Source: Candidatus Planktophila sp. (GTDB lineage: Bacteria > Actinomycetota > Actinomycetes > Nanopelagicales > Nanopelagicaceae). From it: 64,000 bases of DNA. The translations under genes were made by a program, and so were the position numbers. The stretch covers positions 49,554-113,553 of the forward strand of contig JBILIJ010000002.1 in the NCBI GenBank assembly GCA_044350045.1, given 5' to 3'. Positions 1-9,068 of this stretch are shown here, in pieces. Position 1 is the stretch's first letter, and every line of letters starts with the position of its first letter. The notes below the pieces were generated by a model. It made no database searches and was not told the origin of the DNA. It saw only the letters and a program-made list of their open reading frames with translations.

Positions 1-1079
1 TTGAACTTATCTACAATGACAGGGGCTTTCGAGGGTGAAGCCGATGCAGATGGTTCTGGGGTTGGGATGACCTCATCAACTAGAGGCAGATCATTACGTA
101 TCCGTTCAAAGAGATCTGCACTTAATGCCTCATCCCAAACTACAACAGATCCGACGTTGGCATCTCGCCCATTCGGATTACCTATTGGAACCGTAAGAGT
201 GCGGACATTGCCTGAAGATAGATTCTTCAGTTGTTTTGCAAGGCTGAGCAGGTCATCGGGGGCTAGTCCGGCATCTAGTTGTACGCTTGCAAGAGAGGCG
301 CTAATAAAGTTCTTTACTTTAAATGGATTGAGCAGAGTTCCAGTGCTTGTCGCTTTACGTAGTACTGCGCTCATAAATTGTTGTTGTCTTTGCATACGGC
401 CAATATCTCCGCGGCCATCAAAGCCTCGAGTACGAACATATTTCAGCGCTTCAATTCCATTGAGCGTATGCACACCAGCACTTAAAACAAGGTGGCTCTT
501 GGGATCGTCAATATCAACCTTGGTGCAGACTTCAACTCCACCCAGCGCATCGACTATGTCAGCAAAGCCTGCAAAACTCACTTCAACGTAGTGATCAATT
601 TTAACTGCCGTTGCAAGTTCGATCGTTTCAATCAACAGTGGCGCGCCACCGTAAGCAAATGCTGAGTTGAGTTTGCCGGGGCGAGCAGAAACAATATTTT
701 CTTTATTTAAGCTACTTGGATGTTCCGGGATCGTTACCAAACTATCGCGCGGGAGAGAGATAATAGAAGCGCGATCACGTGATTTACTCAGATGGATAAG
801 TAGCATGGTGTCAGATCGGCCACCTGCGGCAACAGCGGTAGATCCAACTCGAAGCTCTCGAATCTGTTCTTTGGTCAGTCCCGCGCGATTATCTGAGCCG
901 ACGACCAGGTAAATTTCAGCCTTCGAGATTTTTTCGGGACGATTATCTACCGAACTAAAGACATCGATGCGGGCTATGGAGTCACTAATTCGCCCAAGCC
1001 CGAAGGAAGAGACCGAGGAGGCAAGCACGATCGCAATCGAAAGTGATGTAATTATCCGAATTGATCGTGTTGATTTCAC
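1..1079 (-). CDS. LytR/CpsA/Psr (LCP) family cell-wall glycopolymer transferase, 3' end beyond window edge
   Basis: Not in the ORF track. Minus strand from GTG 1079 reads MKSTRSIRIITSLSIAIVLASSVSSFGLG...IYLVVGSDNR...GGRSDTMLLIHL, an N-terminal TM followed by the LCP motifs GSDxR and RSDT. Confidence 0.93.
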   Translation of the reverse strand, partial: MKSTRSIRIITSLSIAIVLASSVSSFGLGRISDSIARIDVFSSVDNRPEKISKAEIYLVVGSDNRAGLTKEQIRELRVGSTAVAAGGRSDTMLLIHLSKSRDRASIISLPRDSLVTIPEHPSSLNKENIVSARPGKLNSAFAYGGAPLLIETIELATAVKIDHYVEVSFAGFADIVDALGGVEVCTKVDIDDPKSHLVLSAGVHTLNGIEALKYVRTRGFDGRGDIGRMQRQQQFMSAVLRKATSTGTLLNPFKVKNFISASLASVQLDAGLAPDDLLSLAKQLKNLSSGNVRTLTVPIGNPNGRDANVGSVVVWDEALSADLFERIRNDLPLVDEVIPTPEPSASASPSKAPVIVDKF

Positions 1080-1115
1080 TTGGCAAGAGTACTTGGACGA
1101 TAGCGTGGAGGTGTT

Positions 1116-2114
1116 ATGACATCGCCGAACGCCCCTCTGTCAGCGCTACCTGGCATCAGTGTGATTTTGCCCGTACTTAATGAAGAAGCTCATCTGGAAG
1201 AGTCGATTCGAGCGATACTTGCACAGGATTATGCTGGTGAATTCGAAATTATTTTGGCGTTGGGGCCTTCAAAAGATCGCACTAATGAGATTGCCGCGCG
1301 ACTAACGGAAGAAAATCCACGCATCATTCTTGTGAGCAATCCCACTGGCAGAACTGCGGCAGGACTGAATCTAGCCTTGCATCGCTCGACTCGAGAAATT
1401 GTTGTGCGCGTGGATGCTCATGCTGAAATTCCTTATAACTATCTCCAGTTAGTCGTTGAAATTCTTAGCGATTCCGGTGCCGTCAATGTTGGTGGCGTGA
1501 TGGGTGCGCAAGGAGTCACGCTATTTGAAAGCGCAGTTGCAGCAGCGATGCGCAGCCCATTTGGTGTTGGTGGATCCAGATTCCATATCGGTGGCAAGCC
1601 AGGATATGTAGACACCGTTTATCTGGGCGCTTTTCTGCGCCAGGCAGTTGTGGATGTAGGCGGCTTTGATGAGCGATTTATTCGGGCACAGGATTGGGAA
1701 TTGAATTATCGATTGCGTGCCAATGGCGGAAAGATTTATTTTGATCCACGTTTGCATGTTACATATCGGCCTCGTCCAAACTTTCCCCGCTTAGCGAAAC
1801 AGTATTTTGAATATGGACGTTGGCGGCGAGTGATTGCCAGAAGGCATCCAGAGACAATTAATTACAGATATTTAGCCCCGCCGCTGGCTCTTATCGGAAC
1901 AGTTCTTTCACTCTTTGCCGGCGCGCTCATTGATCCGTCGCTATATCTGCCAGCTGCTACGTACTTCACATTTATTGCAATCACCCCACTCTTTATCTCA
2001 AAAGATCTTGCTCACTATCCCGTTCTCGTCTTTATTCTCCCCACCATGCATTTTTCTTGGGGATTTGGCTTTCTCACATCACCACGAAAGCTTGTTCCAG
2101 ACTCTCTGCGGTAA
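1116..2114 (+). CDS. Glycosyltransferase family 2 (ExoA-like)
   Basis: ISVILPVLNEE, VRVDAH DxD-like motif, GGFDERF..AQDWELNYRLR, KQYFEYGRWR, C-terminal TM segments; GGAGG SD upstream. Confidence 0.93.
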   Translation: MTSPNAPLSALPGISVILPVLNEEAHLEESIRAILAQDYAGEFEIILALGPSKDRTNEIAARLTEENPRIILVSNPTGRTAAGLNLALHRSTREIVVRVDAHAEIPYNYLQLVVEILSDSGAVNVGGVMGAQGVTLFESAVAAAMRSPFGVGGSRFHIGGKPGYVDTVYLGAFLRQAVVDVGGFDERFIRAQDWELNYRLRANGGKIYFDPRLHVTYRPRPNFPRLAKQYFEYGRWRRVIARRHPETINYRYLAPPLALIGTVLSLFAGALIDPSLYLPAATYFTFIAITPLFISKDLAHYPVLVFILPTMHFSWGFGFLTSPRKLVPDSLR

Positions 2115-2125
2115 CCTTGCTACAT

Positions 2126-2953
2126 ATGAGCACCCCAGTGAATATCTACGAGCCTTATCGAGCCGGGTTACCCCCGCTCGGTGAATACGCTCGTTCTCTC
2201 TGGTCTCGCCGTCATTTCATCGCCGAGTTCTCCCGATCACAATTGCGCGAGCAGAACTACGGATCTGTTTTTGGTCAATTGTGGTTAGTTCTTAATCCAC
2301 TTTTACTCTCAGGGGTCTACTTCCTTCTGATTTACATTATTGGTGGAGAAGGTGATTCAAAGCGATACGTTCATCTGACAGCTAGTTTGTTCTTCTTCTA
2401 TCTCATAGCAAATAGCCTTACTGGCGGAGTTAAATCAATCACTGCCGGACAACGCTTGATTATGAATACCGCATTTCCTCGAATCATGCTGCCAGTTTCA
2501 GCCTCAGTCGTTGCGGTCTTTAAATTTGTTCCAACGCTGATTGTCTTCTTTGTAATTAGAACAATCGTTGGTGGGCCATTTTCCTGGCAGATGCTGTGGG
2601 CAATTCCAATTTTTGCATTAGGAATCCTTATGGGACTAGGTATGGCTATCGCTATCTCCTGTATCAATGTTTACTTCCGAGATATTGCCAGCCTTCTTCC
2701 TTACATCACGCGTAGCTTGATTTATCTTTCACCAATTCTCTATGAAGCATCAGCTCTATCTGAACGTCTCCGAACCTTTGAAATTGCTAATCCAATCTTT
2801 AACTTATTGGATGCGTGGTCGCAAGTGATGGTCTATGCACAAGCACCGACTGTGAGCTCTTTGCTGATTAGCCTTGCGTGGGCTATGACAATATTTTTGA
2901 TCGGTACCTATTTCTTCCTATCGAGGGAGCGTGATTTCGCTGTCCGTTTCTAG
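2126..2953 (+). CDS. ABC-2 polysaccharide/teichoic acid export permease (Wzm/TagG-like)
   Basis: YGSVFGQLWLVLNPLL motif, six TM segments, FRDI..LLP, SPILY, NP motif; start moved to ATG 2126. Confidence 0.92.
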   Translation: MSTPVNIYEPYRAGLPPLGEYARSLWSRRHFIAEFSRSQLREQNYGSVFGQLWLVLNPLLLSGVYFLLIYIIGGEGDSKRYVHLTASLFFFYLIANSLTGGVKSITAGQRLIMNTAFPRIMLPVSASVVAVFKFVPTLIVFFVIRTIVGGPFSWQMLWAIPIFALGILMGLGMAIAISCINVYFRDIASLLPYITRSLIYLSPILYEASALSERLRTFEIANPIFNLLDAWSQVMVYAQAPTVSSLLISLAWAMTIFLIGTYFFLSRERDFAVRF

Positions 2954-2972
2954 CACTCATCCACTTCATAGC

Positions 2973-3734
2973 ATGGCCGTCTCAGTTCAATCCGTCGGCC
3001 TTAGCTACCTCACATCTGTAGATAAAAAACCCACAGTTAAAGCTCGGATTAAGCGATTTGGTCGGGGTGGAAAATATTCTCGACGAGTTGATGCAATTAA
3101 CGATATGAATATCGACGTTCATTACGGAACAGTCTTGGGAGTTATTGGCTCTAACGGCGCAGGAAAATCATCGCTGATGCGGGTGATCGCTGGAATTATT
3201 CCCCCGTCGCAGGGGCGGGTAGAGGTGTATGGATCGGTAAGTACTTTATTGGCTCTTGGTGTTGGATTTAACGCTTCCCTTACAGGCCGTGAAAATGTGT
3301 ACCTTGGTGGTTTGGCCGCTGGGATGACACGAGAAGAAATCGATAATCAATTTGACGAGATTGCTGATTTTTCAGAGTTAGGTGAGGCGATCGATTCGCC
3401 TATGCGCACATACTCATCCGGAATGTATGCCCGTCTTGCCTTTTCTGTCGCAGCAACTGTTAAGCCAGATATATTGATTATTGATGAAGCGCTCAGCACT
3501 GGTGATGCGCGATTTAAGGAGAAAAGTCTTAACCGCATCAAGGAACTGCGCACCGAAGATCGCGCGCTTATTCTCGTCAGCCATGCACTTGCAACTATCG
3601 AAGATGTCTGTAATGAAGTGATCTGGCTCGATAAAGGTACGTTGATGGCTCGAGGTGAGCCCCAGAAAATAATTAACCAATACCGTGAATTCATGCAGGT
3701 ACGAAAGAGTGCGTCATCTGATGAGGATGTCTAA
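2973..3734 (+). CDS. ABC polysaccharide export ATP-binding protein (Wzt/TagH-like), no C-terminal carbohydrate-binding domain
   Basis: Walker A GSNGAGKSS, signature YSSGM, Walker B ILIIDE, VSH switch; start uncertain (2931 or 2973). Confidence 0.93.
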   Translation: MAVSVQSVGLSYLTSVDKKPTVKARIKRFGRGGKYSRRVDAINDMNIDVHYGTVLGVIGSNGAGKSSLMRVIAGIIPPSQGRVEVYGSVSTLLALGVGFNASLTGRENVYLGGLAAGMTREEIDNQFDEIADFSELGEAIDSPMRTYSSGMYARLAFSVAATVKPDILIIDEALSTGDARFKEKSLNRIKELRTEDRALILVSHALATIEDVCNEVIWLDKGTLMARGEPQKIINQYREFMQVRKSASSDEDV

Positions 3735-4920
3735 AAACCTCATTGCACTATTGATAGCAACACTGGCCTTTACGACCCCTGTCGCCCAAGCGCAATCAGT
3801 TCCATCCACATTTGAATTCACGGGTAGCGGATACGGCCATGGTGTTGGCATGAGTCAATTTGGAGCAAGAGCTCGGGCACTTACCGGAGAATCTGCTAGC
3901 GCAATTTTGAATTACTTTTACAAAGATGTGCAGGTCGCTCCATTTGTTGACACTCATACAATCAGAGTCAGCATTGCTAATCTCGTAAAGTCCATCTCAT
4001 TTGCAACACAAACACCGGGTGCTCAACTAGAAATCTTTGCAGGAGACATTGCTCTAGCACCGGACTCGGTACCGATTGCAACTTTTGAAAGTAGAAAACG
4101 AGCGACTTTTACCACCGCCTCTCAATCTGTTCTCTTATCAACAATCGCCCGAGGAAAGGCAGTGACGCTTCGCTGGGTCGGAGACAATGCGATCGTTTCG
4201 ATGTTTAATGGAAAGATAACGACTAGATACAAATATGGATACATCACCATAAAAGTTCTCCGTGGAGCACTTGCCGTAACAAATACGATGGCGTTAAGAG
4301 ATGAATATCTCTACGGAATTAGTGAAATTTCATCGAGCTGGCCAAGCGCGGTATTAGAGGCTCAGGCAATTGCCTCGCGGAGTTACGCGCTTTCAAAGTT
4401 GGGTGTTATTCGAGCAGCATGTGATTGTCAGGTTTACTCGCATATATCTGATCAGAATTTTGTTGGATTTTCCAAGGAGAGTGAACCTCGCTTTGGTCAT
4501 TTATGGAAAGCAGCAGTTGATCGCACACTTATTGATACGACCACGAGTCTGGTTGTATTGAGTCGAGGTAAACCGGCTCAGACATACTTCTTCTCGTCAT
4601 CAGGTGGAGCGACTCAGACCACCTTAGATGCGTGGGGGACTGCAACTGCATACACCCAGTCAGTTGCAGATACAGCGAGCGTTGATGCGACAGTTAATCC
4701 AAGATTTGCTTCGTGGAAGGCATCTTCAACCCAAGATTTAGTTGCAAAGGCATTCTTGTTGCCCGATGTTGTGACACTCGAAGTGCTTTCTCGCAATGAA
4801 GCCGGTGCTGTTACATTCATTGCAGCGACATCATCAACTGGAGTGATCAAAAAACTCCGCGGCGATACATTTAGAAGTCGGGCAAAGATTCCTTCACCGT
4901 GGTTTAACGTTGTAAGTTGA
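3727..4920 (+). CDS. Secreted SpoIID/LytB domain protein (putative lytic transglycosylase)
   Basis: Signal peptide ending AQA; GYGHGVGMSQFGA motif; YLYGISEI..SWP...LEAQAIASRSYA; DQNF. Confidence 0.88.
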   Translation: MSKNLIALLIATLAFTTPVAQAQSVPSTFEFTGSGYGHGVGMSQFGARARALTGESASAILNYFYKDVQVAPFVDTHTIRVSIANLVKSISFATQTPGAQLEIFAGDIALAPDSVPIATFESRKRATFTTASQSVLLSTIARGKAVTLRWVGDNAIVSMFNGKITTRYKYGYITIKVLRGALAVTNTMALRDEYLYGISEISSSWPSAVLEAQAIASRSYALSKLGVIRAACDCQVYSHISDQNFVGFSKESEPRFGHLWKAAVDRTLIDTTTSLVVLSRGKPAQTYFFSSSGGATQTTLDAWGTATAYTQSVADTASVDATVNPRFASWKASSTQDLVAKAFLLPDVVTLEVLSRNEAGAVTFIAATSSTGVIKKLRGDTFRSRAKIPSPWFNVVS

Positions 4921-4934
4921 GTTGATCCGCAGGG

Positions 4935-5873
4935 CTAGTTTGAGTGAAGAATTGAATTAAGTCCGCCCCACGAACCTTCACGCATGACAACTTCTAGAGA
5001 TCCATCGAGTGAATTTCTGCGGAAGAGAAGATTGTTGCCACCACTTAGTGTTGCTGCCTTTGTAATAGTGCCATCAGGAAGTCGAACTTTTGCTGCGGCT
5101 GTGATGTAGGTACCTGCCTCGATAACACAATTATCTCCGAGAGAAATTCCTAATCCGGAGTTGGCACCGAGCAGACATTTTTTACCTATAGAGATGACCT
5201 CTTTGCCGCCTCCACTCAAGGTTCCCATGATTGATGCCCCGCCACCAACGTCACTTCCATCTCCGACAACGACGCCAGATGAGATTCGACCTTCAACCAT
5301 TGATGTACCAAGAGTTCCAGCGTTGAAATTTACGAAACCTTCATGCATCACAGTTGTTCCAGGAGCTAAGTGCGCACCTAGGCGTACACGATCAGCATCA
5401 GCAATACGTACTCCTGAAGGAATCACGTAATCAACCATCCGTGGAAATTTATCTACGCCAAATACGCTGACATGCCCGTCTCTGGCTCGCAGGGCTGCGC
5501 GCACATCTTCAAAACCATCCACAGCGCAGGGACCAGCCGATGTCCACACAACATTTGCAAGGAGCGAGAAAATTCCATCTAGTGAAAGTCCATGCGGTTG
5601 TACTAACCGATGAGAAAGCAGATGTAATCGTAAGTATGCATCTATTGCATCCGTTGGCGCAGAGGTGAGATCAATCTCGCGGGAAATAAGTTCACGTGAA
5701 ACTTTTCTAATCGGATCCTTGCCGACGCAGTCTTTTAGAATCGATAAAGGTTCACCTACGAGTGGACCAAGGCTCGGTGCAGGAAACCAAACATCGAGGA
5801 CTACGGAGCCACTTAATGTTGCGATTCCATGCCCAGAGGCTAGGTTGTGGGCAAGGCGGGAATCAGTCGTCAT
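4935..5873 (-). CDS. dapD: 2,3,4,5-tetrahydropyridine-2,6-dicarboxylate N-succinyltransferase (actinobacterial type)
   Basis: DAYLRLHLLSHRLV, VDKFPRMVDYVIPSGVRIADADRVRLGAHL, EGFVNFNAGT, hexapeptide repeats; start moved to ATG 5873. Confidence 0.96.
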   Translation of the reverse strand: MTTDSRLAHNLASGHGIATLSGSVVLDVWFPAPSLGPLVGEPLSILKDCVGKDPIRKVSRELISREIDLTSAPTDAIDAYLRLHLLSHRLVQPHGLSLDGIFSLLANVVWTSAGPCAVDGFEDVRAALRARDGHVSVFGVDKFPRMVDYVIPSGVRIADADRVRLGAHLAPGTTVMHEGFVNFNAGTLGTSMVEGRISSGVVVGDGSDVGGGASIMGTLSGGGKEVISIGKKCLLGANSGLGISLGDNCVIEAGTYITAAAKVRLPDGTITKAATLSGGNNLLFRRNSLDGSLEVVMREGSWGGLNSILHSN

Positions 5874-5903
5874 GTGCTCACAATATCGCCTATCCTTATT
5901 TTC

Positions 5904-6365
5904 ATGGAGCGACAATCCAAGAACACACTCGCAATTACAGTCCGCTGCGCTGCACCCGTTGAAAAAGTCTGGGCTGAAATTGAAAATTGGAGCGCTCAAG
6001 GCAAGTGGATGTTATCGACAACGGTCTGGCTTACATCAGAACAGCGCACCGGTGTAGGAACCACGATTGCCGCTTTTACTGGCCCTTTGCATAAACGCTA
6101 TCCAGCCTTTTCTGCCTTGGGATTATTAGACACAATGACGGTAACGGTATGGGAGCCTCCTCTACGTTGTGATGTCATACATACGGGTGCACCCCTTAAG
6201 GGAAGCGGCACATTTCTTCTCGAAGCAACAGGCCCACACTCTTCTCTCTTTCATTGGAGTGAGAGCATTGATATTCACCGAGGACTCTTTCTTATCGGCG
6301 CACCATTTATCTGGCTGGGTGTAAAAATCTCTCTCTGGCGCTTTTCTAGGCTCTTTAAAAATTAA
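5904..6365 (+). CDS. SRPBCC/polyketide cyclase-like protein
   Basis: AAPVEKVW...W..QGKWML.T.V, GVGT, LDTMTVTVWEPP, HTG..LKG.G.F pattern. Confidence 0.8.
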   Translation: MERQSKNTLAITVRCAAPVEKVWAEIENWSAQGKWMLSTTVWLTSEQRTGVGTTIAAFTGPLHKRYPAFSALGLLDTMTVTVWEPPLRCDVIHTGAPLKGSGTFLLEATGPHSSLFHWSESIDIHRGLFLIGAPFIWLGVKISLWRFSRLFKN

Positions 6366-6425
6366 TTGCCCTAGAAGAGTTCCATAGTCGGCCTGCAGTT
6401 ATTCAAGAACCGGTAATCTCGTCCT

Positions 6426-6617
6426 ATGGCAGCGCCGAAGACCCTCGCCGAAGTGCTTGCAGCACTTCCCGAGGAAGAGCGCATCATCTTGACCCTTTCG
6501 TATTTGCGCCACATGAGCACCCCTGAGATCGCCGCCCTTTTGCACGTACCCGAGAAGTCAGTTGAGGCGGTTATCGCCTCGGGGAAAGCGCGGTTGAAGT
6601 CCGAATTAGGCTTATAA
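6426..6617 (+). CDS. Small sigma-70 region 4-like helix-turn-helix protein
   Basis: LAALPEEERIILTLSYL..MS..EIAALL.VP..SV.....GKARLK matches the ECF sigma region 4.2 pattern; TAATCT 6 nt upstream. Confidence 0.78.
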   Translation: MAAPKTLAEVLAALPEEERIILTLSYLRHMSTPEIAALLHVPEKSVEAVIASGKARLKSELGL

Positions 6618-6727
6618 GGCTCTCTCGATTTCATAGATGGCCCGAGGTGCGAGATACTTACGCCCTTACTTTCGAAGAACCCGCAATCGAAGGTCCAGGC
6701 TTTTTATAGGCTTTAAAGGAGTCCATC

Positions 6728-6907
6728 ATGGCAGCTATGAAACCTCGCACAGGTGATGGCCCAATGGAAGTTACCAAAGAGGCGCGCTCGCTTGTGATGC
6801 GTATTCCTCTCGAAGGTGGCGGACGACTCGTTGTTGAACTCAATCCGACCGAGGCAAATAATCTCAGCGCCGCTCTTGAAGCCGCTGTAGCACTTATCAA
6901 GAAGTAA
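6728..6907 (+). CDS. DUF3117 domain protein (59 aa)
   Basis: Not in the ORF track. MAAMKPRTGDGPMEVTKEARSLVMRIPLEGGGRLVVELNPTEA is the highly conserved actinobacterial DUF3117; AAGGAG SD. Confidence 0.95.
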   Translation: MAAMKPRTGDGPMEVTKEARSLVMRIPLEGGGRLVVELNPTEANNLSAALEAAVALIKK

Positions 6908-6930
6908 TTTCTCGCAGCCTACGACCCCTT

Positions 6931-8427
6931 ATGCAAATCAGCGCGCTCTATCCTGATCTCGATTCAGTAACTACATCCGATGTCATTGTCATTAGTTATA
7001 TCGCCTTACCTGCAGTGGGTGAGAGCGCCCCTGAGATTATTTTTAGCGCCCACCCCGCGCTAGTTAAGAAGATTGAAAAACTCTTCGCAGTTGATCTACG
7101 CGATGAGCTCTCCTTCTTTTCGCCAACAGGCAAGGCTGGTGAGCTCAATGAAATTCCAGTGAGCGCACCAGATTGCGCTATTGAAAAAATCGTTTTACTT
7201 GGCTTGGGTGATCAATCACTAGCATCCTTTAGAGCCGCTGGTGCAACCCTTGGAAGAAAAGTACGCGGAACCGATAAAAAGTTTGCGACTTTAGCGCCAA
7301 GCAAGCGAGATGAAATTATTGCATTTGCAATATCTGCCTTTCTTGGCCATTACACCTGGAGTCAAAAAACCAATCTCACGGTGACAAATCCAGAAATTGA
7401 GATTGTCGCCCTAGAGGCAGAGCCAGTTGATTATGCTCGAACTATTGCAACGGCCATATGTCGCGCTCGCGATCTCATTCACACGCCAGCAAATATTAAA
7501 ACCCCATTATGGATGGCCAACCAGGCTCAAAATATTGCAAAAGAGAACGGGCTAGAGATATCAGTTCTTTCTGGAGCGGGACTCAAAGATTTTGGGGGAC
7601 TACGCGCAGTGGGTAATTCATCTCCAAAACCGGGCCCACGATTTATTCACTTGACCTACAACCCAAAGAATTCAAAGAATTCTGCACGGATCCCACACGT
7701 TGTCATCATTGGTAAGGGAATCACCTTTGATACAGGTGGAATTTCCCTGAAGCGCCCGTATGACACTATGACAGCGATGAAGAGTGATATGGCAGGAGCT
7801 GCCGCCGTCTTGGCGACGATCAGCGCGCTTGCCAAACTTGGTGCAAAAGTGAAGGTTTCCGCTCTCATGATGTGTGCCGAAAATGCTTTGTCTGGCTCAT
7901 CACAGCGCCCAAGTGATGTCATCAAACATTATGGTGGAAAAACTGTTGAAGTAATTAATACAGATGCCGAAGGCCGCTTGGTTCTGGCAGATGGATTGGC
8001 ATTTGCAGATATAAACCTTGATCCTGATTACATCGTTGATATCGCAACACTTACTGGAGCAGCATCGCTTGGTCTTGGTCGTCAGTATGCAGCTATGTAC
8101 ACGCGAAATAAAGCACTTGCTCGAACTCTGGCTGAGATCGGCGAACGCACTGGTGATCGCGTCTGGCATATGCCGCTTATCGATGATTACACCGACGGGC
8201 TCGAAAGTGATATTGCAGATTTCAATCACACAGCAGATAAGGGACATTACGGAGCAGGGTCAGTTACCGCGGCCCTTTTTCTTGAGCAATTTGTTGGTCA
8301 GCGCCAGTGGGTCCACCTTGATATTGCTGGGACAGCTCGAAGCGAGAGCGATGCTGGAGAAAATCCCAAGGGCGGAACTGGTTTCGGGGTGCGTTTGCTC
8401 GTGGAGTGGCTAACATCCATCTCATGA
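6931..8427 (+). CDS. pepA: Leucyl aminopeptidase (M17)
   Basis: IGKGITFDTGG, MKSDMAGAA, NTDAEGRLVLAD, DIATLTGA. Confidence 0.95.
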   Translation: MQISALYPDLDSVTTSDVIVISYIALPAVGESAPEIIFSAHPALVKKIEKLFAVDLRDELSFFSPTGKAGELNEIPVSAPDCAIEKIVLLGLGDQSLASFRAAGATLGRKVRGTDKKFATLAPSKRDEIIAFAISAFLGHYTWSQKTNLTVTNPEIEIVALEAEPVDYARTIATAICRARDLIHTPANIKTPLWMANQAQNIAKENGLEISVLSGAGLKDFGGLRAVGNSSPKPGPRFIHLTYNPKNSKNSARIPHVVIIGKGITFDTGGISLKRPYDTMTAMKSDMAGAAAVLATISALAKLGAKVKVSALMMCAENALSGSSQRPSDVIKHYGGKTVEVINTDAEGRLVLADGLAFADINLDPDYIVDIATLTGAASLGLGRQYAAMYTRNKALARTLAEIGERTGDRVWHMPLIDDYTDGLESDIADFNHTADKGHYGAGSVTAALFLEQFVGQRQWVHLDIAGTARSESDAGENPKGGTGFGVRLLVEWLTSIS

Positions 8428-9056
8428 TTAATCAGATTGACCCCCACTCGTACGCCGAAAGCTTTATCGGTGAGAGCGTTGATAAAGCTCAGGCGCGTAT
8501 TCGCGGCGCTGAAGTTGGAGCAATTGATGTAACGCCTGGAGTGGGTGCATATCTTCGCCATTTGGCGCACATTCTTGATGCACAGTCAGTAGTAGAAATT
8601 GGTACAGGTTCAGGCGTAGGTGCACTGTGGATTCTTGAAGGAATGTTACCGAGTGGAACTCTCACCTCAATTGATGGAGAGCAAGAACATTCAGCGATTG
8701 CAAAAATGGCGCTACAAGATTCTCAAATTGCACAATCTCGTTTTCGATTAATCACAAATCCTGCAATTGAAGTGATGACAAAATTGGCTGATCGTGCATA
8801 CGACCTCGTGATCTTTCGGGATAACGCCGAAGATCTTCCTGATGCAATCATTGAGGCGTATCGAATTTTGCGAAGTGGAGGAGTCTTTGTTATTGATAAC
8901 TTCTTTGGTGGATCAAAAGTCAACGATCCCGCACAGCGCGACCCCAAGACCATCGCACTACGTGATGCCGGTAAAGTCCTGAAAGGCGATACTGAAAAGT
9001 GGGTGACGTCACTGATTCCAGTCGGGGACGGTCTGTTGCTCGCCACTAAGTTGTAG
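8424..9056 (+). CDS. O-methyltransferase (COMT/YrrM-like)
   Basis: VVEIGTGSGVG SAM motif, LTSID, GGVFVIDN, PVGDGLL; ATGA overlap with pepA. Confidence 0.9.
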   Translation: MINQIDPHSYAESFIGESVDKAQARIRGAEVGAIDVTPGVGAYLRHLAHILDAQSVVEIGTGSGVGALWILEGMLPSGTLTSIDGEQEHSAIAKMALQDSQIAQSRFRLITNPAIEVMTKLADRAYDLVIFRDNAEDLPDAIIEAYRILRSGGVFVIDNFFGGSKVNDPAQRDPKTIALRDAGKVLKGDTEKWVTSLIPVGDGLLLATKL

Positions 9057-9068
9057 AAAGATAGCCCT

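Noticed and set aside
1-912. Plus-strand ORFs 1..591 and 667..912
   Set aside because: They are antisense shadows of the LCP gene on the minus strand, which has clear family motifs.
3727-4920. SpoIID as evidence of sporulation
   Set aside because: SpoIID/LytB domains are widespread in non-sporulating bacteria, and no other sporulation genes are present.
6371-6900. Minus-strand ORFs 6371..6634 and 6658..6900
   Set aside because: They are shadows of the sigma4-like and DUF3117 genes, which have proper start signals and recognisable sequences.
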